From the human T2T-CHM13v2.0 reference genome, Homo sapiens, in the NCBI RefSeq assembly GCF_009914755.1, contig NC_060947.1: 64,000 nt of DNA; one strand, 5' to 3'. The notes under the pieces were generated by a model. The model had not been told where the DNA came from and did not search any database. It was given only the letters and a program-made list of their open reading frames with translations. The position numbers were made by a program, and so were the translations under genes. Of this stretch, positions 28,030-41,522 are shown piece after piece; position 1 is the stretch's first letter; each line of letters starts with the position of its first letter.

Positions 28030-28230
28030 GTACTTGACAGTGTATAAAATAATTTCACATACATTACTTCATTTCATTTTTACAGTAACCCTGTGTTGCG
28101 AGAGAGTAGGTACTTATATCCTCATGCTGAGGAAGCAAACCCCAAAATCGTCCAAGATCAAACAGTTGGCAAATGGTTGAGCTGGCAGTGGAACCTAGAT
28201 TTATTTGACTTTGGTTCTCACTCTGCTAGA
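28030..28230. mobile_element. MIR fragment
   Basis: acagtaaccctgtg...atgctgaggaagcaaac...ggaacctagatttatttgact is MIR-like. Confidence 0.5.
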
Positions 28231-28779
28231 TCATGCTGCTCCTCAATAACATTTATTCAGATTACCAGCAGGCTGCCTTGGTCACTAAGCTGACAGGAGA
28301 CAAATGGAAACAAATGGGTTTTGATTGTTCATCTCTTTTCTTAGCGTTCATTTATGTCTGTGTATGTTGATGTGTGCACGTTAGTATGCACACTTAGAAA
28401 TGCATGGAAAGGAACAAAGAAGGCAATATTTACTGGTTTATTTTTTCCTGCTCCACAAATGTAAGAATTCCCCAAGCTTCTTATCATGGTCCTTCATTCT
28501 TTTCTTTCTGCAGTTTTCCCCATACTATCCTATATTTATTTTTTCCCCAAGGAACATCCTGATACCCCATTTTTACGACTTGAAATACTATTCTACATTT
28601 GTTGTTTCTCCAAGGAACATCCTGGTACCTCAGAGTCATTTTTCATTCTTCTGTGTCTTTCTCCCAAATTCAGTGTCCCTTGCATTTTTTTCATTCTCAT
28701 TTTTCCATCCTAGTGTAGGCCCTAATTATCTAACTCCTTCAATGTTAATTATCCCTCTATCTTCCTTATCTTTCCTCCC

Positions 28780-29350
28780 ATCCATTCAGCCCCACTAATA
28801 TCAAGTACATCTCCTCGATCATGTCACTTCTGTGTTCAACAAATGAATCATTCACTATTTACTACAGGATAAAATTTATAACCCTTAGCTAAACACTTAT
28901 ACAATCTTTTGCCAGCCCAGATTTATCTCCTAAATTTGTCTCCTACCACTTCCTCTACTCATACTTTCCACTCTAGCCAAACTGTGCCTTTGATATACAT
29001 TGTATGTCCCTGTAATGCATTTGTTCATGTTAGTCCTCTATGACTTTGCAAATCCTACTTATCCTTCTCCATATCATTGCCTCTGTGAAAAGTCCATAAT
29101 AATCTCTCCAGCTGTAGAATTCATGATGTATAATCACTTATTTGACAGTAAATTTGTACTCCTGTGACATTTTGCATTTTAAAATAATTTTACTAGCTTT
29201 TCATCTATTTATGTCTTTTCTAGCCAGCAAGATTATAAACTCCATGAGGACAGGGATTATATCTCATTTATTTTTGTATCCCTATAGTCATCTAGCAGAA
29301 GACTTGAGCTCATTAGATGCTTCATAGATGTTTATTGATTTTGTTTGAAA
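28780..29350 (+). mobile_element. L2 3' fragment
   Basis: gatcatgtcacttctgtgttcaa; gattataaactccatgaggacagggatt; 3' end gcttcatagatgtttattga. Confidence 0.6.
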
Positions 29351-30219
29351 AATGTCGTCAGGATGGGCAGAGATTTTATAGTCCATAGAAAATTCTTTTA
29401 ATGCTTTAAAATCAGACTGAGTAGGGGCTTGGATCTTGGGTCCTCAATGGTGCACAGGAAGACTCCTTTTACAAGTAAGCCATTTGGGACAACTATGCAG
29501 TTTTTAGATGCAACCACTGGAGGGTGTTTGATTTTAATCCTTCCTTCCTGAACGAGGAAATTCATGTTCTCTGAATTCCGATTTGCGAGTGTAACCTGCA
29601 GAGGCTCTTAAAAAGGCCCTTTGACAATTTTTCTTTTCCATCAACATTTTAGAGTTAGCTGAGCAGTCACCATGTCAGGATTAACGAGTTTTTCCTTGGC
29701 ATTTTTAGCATGCATTCAGGAAGTCAATGAAGTATATGAATAATATACTTGATTTACACATGAATGACAGAGTAGAACATTTTGGACTTGGTGTATATGT
29801 GCTATTAAAGAAGCTTCTGTGGTCTGTATTTTCAACCATTGGTACAGATTTAACAGCTTATATTATATAAATACAGACACATTCCTGTTGGGGGGGAAAC
29901 CTAGTTACAGTATTATAAGCTGTGTTTGTCCCTCACATCTCATTTAAAACATGTTGACCTAAGACTACTCCTTCCTCTGAAAACTAGCAATGAGGCCTTT
30001 GAGGACTATGAAAGCAGACTTCATAAAATCATTCTTGATCCACAACAATAATTTTCTATGAATCAAATTAATGACATCTATGACATAAACCCATTCATAT
30101 TTAATGTCTTCACTTTTGATGTATCTTCAGTCTTTTTGTACTACTCTCACGGTATTCCAACTCAACCTCATCAACACACAAACCTTTCCAATGTACACAG
30201 TTTCGAAAGTACATGAAAA

Positions 30220-30250
<31 letters not shown>

Positions 30251-32627
30251 ACCAAGAATTCTCAGAAACCTTGGTTACAAAGATGTCACTTTCCAAGGTG
30301 AGCTGGGGGTGTCTGTACCACCCATGCCCTACCAGGAATATGTTGTCCTTTGGCCATTGTGAACCAGCAGAGATGGGGAGATTTAATGCAAATATTTTTC
30401 CTAAATGCTGAAACTGAGTGTTCCGATCTGGACATTATTTTCCTGGCAGTGACTACCTTTCCATTCTTGAGCCTGTGGCCAGGATCTTCCTTATGTTTTC
30501 TCAGGTTGGGTGCCTAAATATGGCAAGAATTCTTACTTTCCAGTAAAAGTTTGGTCTGTCTTTTCCCAGACTAGAAACATCTGTCCCTGAGAATAGCGAA
30601 AGCAACTTTGTTGCCAACAGGCATCTGAATGTCAGAAGTGACAGGCAACCAGAAGAAAGCCAGATAGAAAACACCCTATTCAAACTGCCTAGAGACACAA
30701 ACTTGAGAAGTAGAGATTTTTCTCACCCATGCAGCTGCTGGTTTTTGTGGTATAAACTACTCTACACAGAGCACATTGTGTTCATGGGGCCTAGAGGATC
30801 CTTGAGGAATGAACAGATGTGCTCTGAAGCTGACATGTGACCAACAGAACCCAGCTGTGCAATTGAGATCCTGAGATTGGGGACATTTTTGGATGAGTAC
30901 CATTTATGCTTTTGGGCCTATCTTATCTCAGTGTTTCTGTAGAGATTAAATAAAAACCAAAAATGTAAAAAGTTATTGAATCAGGCTGAGGGTCACTGGT
31001 CAGATGGAGAAAATAGCATTCTAAAACTAAAAGTAGAAACAACCCAATCCTGTACTCTTTGTTTCCCTTTAAAAGTAAGAAAGTAAGGTGCTGAAAGGTG
31101 CATATGCAATATTTATTAACAATTATAAATTAAACCAGTTTTGGATGAAGCTTTAGAAAAAGCTACAGATGTCTAAGTGGACTTTGAAGAGAAAAAAAAT
31201 CCTTGGAAGGTTTTTACCTCAATTTCCCCTTCTATTTATAGAAAGACTATGAGGATCCCTATGTGAGTTGTTCATGCATGATTGCATTCAAGAAATACAC
31301 TAGAAAACTAAAAATATTATCATGCTTATGGTTTATTGGCCACATCTTTTTAAATTATATTCATGAATTTAGCCTCATGTGTCGAATTATCTTTTCATTT
31401 GTCTTTATGCTCAATTTTCCATGAAGGAATCCTAAGACTTTCAGTAATTTAAGGGAAAAAGTATAATGTCTGATTACATTCTTGCATTTGGTAGACTTTC
31501 CTCACTAATCTAATCTTCAATTCTTTAATGCTTAGTACTAGCCATGTGATTGTGCTGACAATGAAATGACAAATGACTAGAGAATACATCTGGTGTCAGA
31601 TGATCCCTAGTCACTTCTGAAGTGAGGCATGCAAAAAAACATTTTTGTACATGGATCTGTAAGCATTCATTGCCACTAGTTCCTCTAATAGCCGAACAGA
31701 TTGGACACCATTTAATTAAGTTGTCTTTGGGGAGTAATAAAATCGTTTTCCAGACAATCTGATGTGTGTGACCTAAAAAGTTTGAGGGAGGGGTGACATG
31801 AACAATCATGGAAATTTAACATATTGTGTGAACTTTACTCACATGGAATAAAATTGAACGTGTCCATTATCCCCTTCATGTTAAAGTCAAGAGAGAAAAA
31901 AACTGTACTTCAATATGTCCAGCAATGTACTGAGGTCAATAGAATAATATTTCTCATCAAAGTTTGAGGTAGAGGTTAGAGTTGATTATGTAGAATTTCA
32001 TTCAGGAAATCTGCTGTTTGGGTGGCACAAAGAACAGGCATCTCAAACAAACAAACAAACAAAAAAACATAGTATAAAACCAGGATAAGATTGTCTTAAG
32101 TACTGGAGGAAACACAGAAAAGACTGTAAGTAGTAAGTGGCTTTGTTCCATGTTCATTAAGGCTGCACCAGTGAGAATTAGTTACACTACAAGCTTTTAG
32201 GGCTTCAGAAGAGAGAAAGAAAGAGGTGGAGGGTATTTTGCAGGTTTGCTTTCTTTGCTACTCTCCACTTTATGTTTCTTTCAATCTTCTCTAAATGTGT
32301 CCCATTCCCTACCTCTACTCTCTGTGAAGAGGTGAAGAGAGAAGAGAAAGAAGACAGAAATGTGGACAGCATTCAGAGTGGATTCTTCACACCGTCATGC
32401 TTCCCCACTCACCCACAGGTGAAATGTGAAAGTACAGGATTCATTACTAGCAATATAGCCTCCAAACTCAGAACTGTAAATACACACAATTCCCTGTAGT
32501 CATCAGGTCTCAGCAAATTCATGTTAGCTGCTGAGTCAATGATTAATCAAAATTAATTAGGACCCTCATACTATAGAGAACAAAACTCCTGCCTAAGAAA
32601 TTTAGCTCAGCTAACTGTGAATTATCA

Positions 32628-33156
<529 letters not shown>

Positions 33157-34919
33157 CTAAAATCTTTAGCAACATCAGCCAAGATAGAGTCAATGTGTGT
33201 AACTATGCCAGTAGGTTAGTATTTAGAATCATTATATAAAACTCAGATAGTATTTTTAGTGATATAAGGTAACCCACTGTAAGCCTCTAGTTATAGCAAA
33301 TGTGTGATATTTTCCCCAACTATGTAGTGGTGAATAATATATTTTTCTTTGATATATAGGAAACATATGTAGGCTTGATTTTAGGTCTTGATATATTAAC
33401 CTATAGGTTTTATAAATATTGTTGATAGCTATAAATTAGCTAACGTTCACCAAAAATTAATGGAGTATTATCTGTTTTGATGCATCCTGTCTCACCCTAA
33501 TGGTGTGTCTTTTTAACTAATAATAGCTGCTGTGCATAACTGTGAATTTAAGCATATCAAATTACTATTATATGAATCTGGAAAGTAATAAATTATGCTT
33601 TTGTTTACAGGCTAAGTATCTGTCTTTTAACTTCTTAAAAAATATATCCTATATGCTGCTGATAATGACCTTGACATTAGTGGAGGTGTCAACACAAAAA
33701 TAATTTATAAGGAGCTAATTGATTGATTAGTTTGAGAAATCAGATGGTTAGTAGGCAGGAGTAAGACCACATAGAAATTCATGAATATAGAGTTTTTTCT
33801 CCCATGTCCTTCTTGCCTACATCTGCAGTAGACTCAATGGCCTGAGAATTAAGAAAGTACTGAATTCTTTTGGAAAAGTGTATGTTTCCCATTAGAAGCA
33901 ATTTCTTTTGTGGCTGCCATTCTTCCTGCTTCTATTTCCTCCTTCAGTTTGCCTTTTTCCTTCGTTAATGAATGGCATAATTTGCTTTTAAGTCACTTTT
34001 CTAGATCTAATTCTATTTCTCCTCTAAATGCACTAGAATTTTGTTTTATACAATGGCCCTTGAAAGATATTTTAAAATTGAATTTGCTTTGTTTTTAATA
34101 AGGCTTTAGGTAGCAACTTTCTTTGCTTTTTACAAATACTGGTGCTACTGGCATGATGTTTTTTTCATTTCTCTAATAAGTACATATCCCAAGGAGAGTC
34201 TAGTGGCAAGGCATTGTATTCCAGAATATTTTCCTAACTCTCTGTCAACTCCCAGCAGAGACAAAAGAAAAAGTTTTATTTCATTTGCACTTATAATGTG
34301 AAAAAATTAATTATATCAATTTAAGCACCCTATCAAAACTATGTTCAAGGAGACTTTTTTCTTTCTCTAATTGTTGAAGATTATGAACAGGTTAAATGTA
34401 CTTGGCTTTGTTTCATGTCTGATAATCTGCTGTGGTTTCGCAGACTGGTCTAGAGAAACAGAAGGCTATCAGACACAGCCCCTTTTGGTCTTTTCTGTCA
34501 TCACAAGTTACATCAAACCACAGCTTGCAAAGAAATGACTTAGTGACCTTTTATTTAAGGGATATCTTATATTTTTATGTGGAAAAAGTCTTTTAAGGGA
34601 TTCTTGCTACTCAGTTGCTAAATTTGCCGGAACAAGTCAAGGCAAGATTTAGTGAGTATTCATATGTGCTGTGGATTTAGGGATTTTTTTTTTTGAAAAA
34701 CGTTTCTTTATTATCTCTTCGTGGTAACAAGCTTTTAAAAACGTTTTCTGAAGGTTTCTAAAATGTCTCCCAAAAAACCACAACCCTATGAGGGCAAACC
34801 CCACTGCCTGTCAGGGACTACTACTAACTATGGGCTGGCAATGTCTTAACTTGATACCTGTTTCTGCTTAGATTATTTGGAACTTTTCCAAACCCAACCA
34901 CCCTCCTTGGTCTTTAATT

Positions 34920-35095
34920 CAGGGGTGGCAAAACTTCTTTGTAAAGGTCCAGATAGTAAATATTTTAGGTTTCGTAGATTATATATGGTCTCTGTTGCAT
35001 CATATCTTCTTATTCTTCTCTTTTACAACTCTTTAAAAATATATAAATCATTCTTAGCTCACAAGCCATACAAAAACAGGACATGGGCCTAATGT
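34920..35095 (+). mobile_element. MER58-like hAT-Charlie DNA transposon remnant
   Basis: caggggtggcaaaacttctttgtaaaggtccagatagtaaatattttaggttt matches the MER58 5' end as recalled. Confidence 0.75.
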
Positions 35096-35294
35096 ATCAG
35101 TCTCCAGATCACAGTCATTGGATGCAGACATACAACCCCAGGGTGAAGGGGAAACTGGGGCACTTGCTTGATAGAAGCCAGCAACAATTCCCTGGCTAAA
35201 GATTAGCAAGTAAAAAATATGAACTCTACCTATTTGATTTCTTCCTCATTTACTTTTGTTTTCTGTGATGGCTAGGTTCTTATATTTTCCCAAA

Positions 35295-35500
35295 GACAAC
35301 AAAAGAAAACTTAAGAAGAGAAGGAAGAAGGAAGCAGAGGGAGATAGGATAGAGAGGAAGAATGGGATAGGTAAAAAGAAAGAGCGAGAAAGAAAACAAG
35401 TAAAAAGAAAAGAGAATAAAAGGGCAGAAAAAGAAAGGGATAAAGACAGAGGTAGAGAGGGGGAAATGGGGGAGAAAAAGAGAGAAAAACAGAGAGCAAG
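35295..35500 (+). repeat. GA-rich low-complexity purine tract
   Basis: About 200 nt almost entirely A/G; explains the K/R/E-rich ORF 35256-35681. Confidence 0.9.
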
Positions 35501-36370
35501 CCAGAATATGGAAGCTAGGGCACAGTCTCGCCTTCTTTTCCTAAGAGCCAGTCAGCTCTTAGAGGCACCTCCCCAGCTGCTTTCAAACATTGAGGTTGCT
35601 GCCCAGCCACTGATCATCATCCCAAGAAGTGAAATGTGGGCTTCACATCTGAAAACTTCCACTTGGTTTTTCACCAAGTGAAATGGAATACGAGATTCAG
35701 GGCCCAAGCAAATGGCTCATGTTTTCTTTGGGACACTGGGGCTGTGTCTACCCAGGGAAAATTTTGATATACTGACTGACTGACTCTAGTGCATATGATT
35801 AATGTATACATAGGGCAAACCAGGATAATTTAGACCTTTTTTCTTCTACAGGAGGTTTTCAGCAGGAATTATCTGGATGGTTGCCTCAACTCTCCACTAG
35901 GCTTTGCCAGAATAAGCACAGCCAGTAGAGTATGCAGGAGACAGGGACCACTCCCTCTCTCCAAGGTTCCCTTTAACTCCCACACCCCGTGTAGCTAAGT
36001 ATAGTGGGACCTGTACTGACAGGCATTCCTTCTGGGGGCAAATGTAAATTCTGTCTAATAAGTCTCTAAGAAGCCCCAAGAACCCTAAATATTGCATACT
36101 GCTTTACTGTCAGATGGCAAAATATAATAGATGGATGAAAGGGGAGAACCATACTTATGGAGGGAAAATGTTACCCTGTTCCTTTCCTCATCCCAAAAAG
36201 AAGCTAGCAAAGCCAAAGCCCATGACATCCCAGTCAAATGAATTACTACATGTGCGTACAGTTTCTCTTATAAGTGTGGATACCTGGGTTGTAATTTCTT
36301 TTCTTTAAGTTGATAGACTCATGTATAGATATAGCTTTAGTTTCTAAAAGCATAGTTTAAAAGTGCATTT

Positions 36371-36640
36371 GAGGCTGAGGACAGAGGATTGTTTAAGGCC
36401 AGGAGTTTGAGACCAGCCTGAGCAACATAGTGAGACCCCACCTCTATAAAAAATAATAATAAAAAATTAGCCGAGCATGGTGGCTGGCACCTGTAGTCCT
36501 AGCTACTGAGGAGGCTGAGGCAGGAGGATTGCTTGAGATCAAGAGGTCGAGGTTGCAGAGAGCTGTGTTTGTGCCACTGCATTCCAGCCTAGGCAACACA
36601 GCAAGACTCTATCTCAAAAAAATAAAAAAATAAAATAAAA
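36371..36640 (+). mobile_element. 5'-truncated AluJ with TSD
   Basis: Starts at gaggctgagg; TSD taaaagtgcattt (36358-36370) / taaaagtacattt (36636-36648). Confidence 0.92.
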
Positions 36641-38773
36641 GTACATTTAGACTAAAAACTAACACATAAAAATTATGTTGTTCCTAGAGGTACACTTTAT
36701 GTGACAGAGTGTTACTGACAAGGTTTGTACAAGGTTTAATTTTTTTAAATGGAATTACAAGCTGTAATTAATTAGGGAACAATACTACTCAAAGTAACCC
36801 CTTGGTAAATTATTTTGTGAAGAATGATTCTATAAAATTAATAATGAATTCATAATTCACCTGGTAAAACTGTATCTTCATTGACTCCTGCACTGATATC
36901 ATGATTCTGGGTTTGGGTTTTGTTCTGTTTTGGAGGAAAGGTGAAAAGAATAATGAGAAAAATGCATGATAGTTTATTTTACTGTATCTTACAGATCCAA
37001 CTTCTAATGATGAAGCTTCCCACATAACTTCTTTCTTTTTGGGAGCAGAAAGAAAGGAAGAAAATGAAGAGTCAGAGCTGTTGATACATTGGGAAAATAT
37101 TTTTCCACTCTATTGAAACTTCCTACCTTTCCTTCCCTTCTGTTTCACCAGTTCTCTAAGTGATAATTACAGAGTGATAACTTCTCAATTACTATTTCTG
37201 TGGTGTTTTTTTGTTTCATTTTGTTTTTGCAGATTTCACTGCTTATTTTTTCCCCTGAATGCATAATCTCTAAAATAAAACAATCAAAATTCTTAAAAGT
37301 TCCCTCTCTTCTTAGACACTGCCTTATCCCGACAGATACAGTCATTGTAACTACTGCATGAGAAAGATCCTGAAATGTATTAAGTCAAAACCCAAAGAAC
37401 AGTAACAACAAATTGTTAAATGGGCAATTCTATGTGTATCTCTTAAAAGTTTCTTATTTATCTGTAGGGTATAAAGAAAGTTTGCTCATTTTCACTTGTA
37501 AAAGTTTTCTTGCTGCCAAGTAGTGAAAATAAAACCTTAGAAAAGAGAGAGCATCTGTAAAATATGCATCTGTAAAGTAAGTTTCTCTTTTCAAATTGCT
37601 TGTACTGAGCTGTTTGGTGGCCCCACAATATGTGCTGAATGTGACTCCTTGAAAGCAGTCTGTAACCTTGGGCAGATTTGTGTTGACAAATGTTGCTATG
37701 CTTCTTTCTGTAAGCACTGCTTCTGCTAGAGGGCACTGTACATTAGACAAGGCCTTGTGTTCTGCTTCGTAAAGACAGCTCTCTGGTGTAGCACCTGTGT
37801 CTAAGTCTCCATTTGTTAACACATGTGTGTGTTTCCCTTTTTGGCAGATAAGACTTTGGGAAGCATGATTCCAAAGGGATTATTTCATGTGATAAATAAA
37901 TCCGGAGTTAGTTGAGTGTTTCTCTACCATGTAAAAGCCATAGATAACATATTCACCTCACTTTCAGAATTGCTCCACAAAGTAGGGCAAATACTTTCTT
38001 TTCAGTTGGTAGACTCCTTCACTGTTCATTTCACACCATCCCCCACCTCCGACTCTACTCTTCACTCTTCCTTGGAACAAAAGCAGCCAGTTCCAATTAA
38101 ACTCATGGGCACAAACCACTTCCCTATCTCTGGGTTTGAAGGGCATAATGGAGAACCTAAGTTTGCAAATGACAGAAATAATCGGAGAAACAAGCTATGA
38201 TTCTAAAAGAGATTTTCCACCATCTCTATATCACAGTTATCTCTCAAGTAGTTAGTATACATAGCCCCCTCCTTGTTTAGTAGTTGAAAACTAGGGGCCA
38301 TACATACAGTTAGTATTTGTCAATTACAATAAATAATATTAATAAAAATAAAATTAAAGAAGAAAAGCAAACAAAACCCATAAATACAGTAACTCTGCAT
38401 TTATTAAAAGGATCCATTTCTCTTTTCATCGGCTCCTTGATTAGTTGTTCACTTAGAGTACTAGCTTGGAAGCCTGACTTGAATTAAATGATTACATAAA
38501 TAAAAATCACTGAAATACACCTAAGCTCTGAAGAAGTCAGAGTTTATGTTAGCCAACAAAACACTGTAAGTAATGGTGAGGGAAAAGAAAATAACGATTA
38601 TAAGCAGTTTTTTTTTTTTTCAGTTTTAAGGAGGGGAATGTACCATACAAGAAAAGAAAATGTGATGGACTTTAGTGAGAGACTGGATCTTTGCTATACT
38701 AGTGTGCAAACCTGATGCTTTAGAGACTGGCAATGTCTTTGTTTTACTCTTTCTCTCTTTCTGTGATTTGTAG

Positions 38774-39471
38774 CATACATGGAAGATCTCACAAGATATG
38801 TTGAACAAAGCAGAAGACTTATTATCGTGCTAACTCCAGACTATATTCTCAGACGGGGATGGAGTATTTTCGAACTGGAAAGCAGACTCCATAACATGCT
38901 AGTCAGTGGAGAAATCAAAGTGATTTTGATTGAGTGTACAGAATTAAAAGGGAAAGTGAATTGCCAGGAAGTGGAATCACTAAAGCGTAGCATCAAACTT
39001 CTGTCCCTGATCAAGTGGAAGGGATCCAAAAGCAGCAAATTAAATTCTAAGTTTTGGAAGCACTTAGTATATGAAATGCCCATCAAGAAAAAAGAAATGC
39101 TACCTCGGTGCCATGTTCTGGACTCCGCAGAACAAGGACTTTTTGGAGAACTCCAGCCTATACCCTCTATTGCCATGACCAGTACTTCAGCCACTCTGGT
39201 GTCATCTCAGGCTGATCTCCCTGAATTCCACCCTTCAGATTCAATGCAAATCAGGCACTGTTGCAGAGGTTATAAACATGAGATACCAGCCACGACCTTG
39301 CCAGTACCTTCCTTAGGCAACCACCATACTTATTGTAACCTGCCTCTGACGCTACTCAACGGACAGCTACCCCTTAATAACACCCTGAAAGATACCCAGG
39401 AATTTCACAGGAACAGTTCTTTGCTGCCTTTATCCTCCAAAGAGCTTAGCTTTACCAGTGATATTTGGTAG
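38774..39471 (+). CDS. IL1RAPL2: IL1RAPL2 terminal coding exon: TIR C-half plus extended C-terminal tail
   Basis: Long pyrimidine tract then ttgtag|CA (A+CA=Thr). ORF YMEDLTRYVEQSRRLIIVLTPDY...SKFWKHL (box 3)...ELSFTSDIW, with TAG at 39469-39471. Sequence recognised as IL1RAPL2/TIGIRR-1. Confidence 0.97.
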
Positions 39472-39828
39472 TGAAAAATCTGAATTCCTCTGAACAGCTA
39501 GATAAGCATAGAGAATTTCTGTTATACCAAGCATAAAGTACACCTAATAACGTTGTGTTAAAAAAGTGTTTGAAGAAAAAGGTACAAAAATGGCTTTTAT
39601 ACTTAAATATTTTTGTTTACATTTCCAGAATAGTGGGGGGAAAGAAGGACCTGCTTTTGTAGTATGGCACCTTGTTCCAATGTACAGTTTTGATTTCTTC
39701 CTGAAAACAAAAATTTTAAAATCCTGTTGTCTTAGAGTAGCTTTTATGATAGCACATGGACTGCATGCTTAGTAGGTGAGCTGTCTTGCCCATATTTAAA
39801 AAGATTTCAGTATTCACATGGTATTTGA

Positions 39829-39834
39829 AATAAA
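39829..39834 (+). terminator. Candidate proximal polyadenylation signal AATAAA
   Basis: First canonical AATAAA seen after the stop codon (about 360 nt downstream); usage cannot be shown from sequence. Confidence 0.4.
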
Positions 39835-41516
39835 GAAAATTTAAAGACTTTAATTGAATTTGAAAATTCTGAACCAAGTTTAAGGGAAAAAATGACTTCT
39901 ATAGAGTTCTGAAAACTCAGGAATTATCAAGAAAGAAATGTTGATGCACTCCAGTTAGAAGACTGTTTGTAGAGGAAGATCAGTTGAGAAAAAATGAGAA
40001 CTTCTTCAACATAATGGACACTTTCTGTAGACTAAATCAACAGCTCATAATAACAGCTTTTAGTTTTATTAGAGAATCACATCTTCTGTAGGCAAACTGG
40101 TAGATAGGTAAACAATATGCATTTCTTACGCAAATGAATAGACAGGCTGTGAGTTCTTTTAGGATGATTTTGAACAGCCCTTGTGGCTTTCTAATTCCAA
40201 AAGTTTTACAACTTTGAAAACACATTTTGAAGTACACATTTCATTGTTTGCTAACAAATTCACATTTGGAATTTTTCCTTGACCTGCTATAAGTATTATA
40301 TGAAGATATGGACATCGTCCTGCTTTTTTTCAACATCGTTGACATTTGAATTTAAATACATAGACTGCAAGTGTCAGCAATTGGAAAGAAGTACTGCAAC
40401 AATATTCGCAGATGAAGTGCTAAATGATTTATGTTTACTAGTGGTAGAGCAGCAATTGCACAGTTTCTCACCGGCAATGTAGTTATAAAACAGACTATTC
40501 TGTATATATAGTATATGGCCATCTGTGCAAGGCTCCTGCACAAGTATGTCTACTCCTGGTGCTTCGAAGAGTATATATTTGATAGGCTAAACTTCTCCAT
40601 CATCACATAGTGACTGTGACTGTACCATGCCAGAAAATCCTTGTAAATAATCTAAGTAAGTATTGCCTATTTGCTGTAAGGAATGTGCTCCTATTCTAGT
40701 ATTTATTATGGATTACTACTTTATGTTCTTTCCAATTAATCAAATTAGATGTGCTCTCCACCTAGATGCCTGTGAGGATCATTTGTTAATCAAGGTCAAT
40801 TTTGGCATTTTGCAATAGTTCTTAAATCATGTTCTTGGACAAACATAAAACAAGGACAAATGTACACAGTGTGTAAAAATGAATAATTTGCCCACCCCTT
40901 GTAATTGTGAATCTCAAATGTATAAGAGAACACCAGATAATATGCTTTATTTCTTTCGATCTTTTTTCATTATTGATTTTCTGTGATCCACGAGTTTTGT
41001 TCAAAGTACTTGTTTCTCTGTTGCTTTTCTGTATCCAGCCATTCAGAAAATGCATTCTGCACCAACAGTAGGTGAAAGCTTAGCAGTGCTACATGTTCAT
41101 TTCACAGCGGGACAATTAGTTGCTCCTTTGAAAAGTCCTGTTCAACACATGTCGGTGTTTTATAGATGTACTTTTTCCACTGAGAAAGATAATTTTGTTC
41201 CGTAAAATCTGTAAGTAAGTCTTTCAAAATGAAAATTTATCAATTCTGAACTGTTTCCAAGTGTTATAAAGTTGTATTTACTGTGGTTGTTCTTTAATGC
41301 TATGTGTAATTACTAAGTTAAAAATCTGCATGAACTCATATACTCATGTAATATAAGTTTAAGTGACCAATTGTATTTTTTATTATATTATTTTTCACAG
41401 AAATCTAGATTAATTCAAATGAATGTTTGGTGGTATTTTTAAACTAATAGTTCTGTATTGAGCATGTAAGTTCTGAAAATATAACGTGAGTCTCTCTGCT
41501 TACTCTATTTACAATG

Positions 41517-41522
41517 ATTAAA
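41517..41522 (+). terminator. Candidate distal polyadenylation signal ATTAAA
   Basis: ATTAAA near the end of a repeat-poor AU-rich block, followed by GT/T-rich sequence (tgtgtccttt). Confidence 0.3.

Noticed and set aside
30505-30840. Acceptor-like sites (ttttctcag, cttttcccag) and an open frame of about 90 codons in the last intron, considered as an alternative terminal exon like IL1RAP AcPb
   Set aside because: Splicing from the phase-1 donor at 27157 hits stops quickly at either acceptor. The long frame needs a different phase and shows no TIR similarity.
35256-35681. 141-aa K/R/E-rich ORF
   Set aside because: Product of a GA-rich low-complexity tract; non-ATG start; no domain features.
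38841-39194. 117-aa antisense ORF over the last exon
   Set aside because: Shadow ORF of the coding strand with no independent support.
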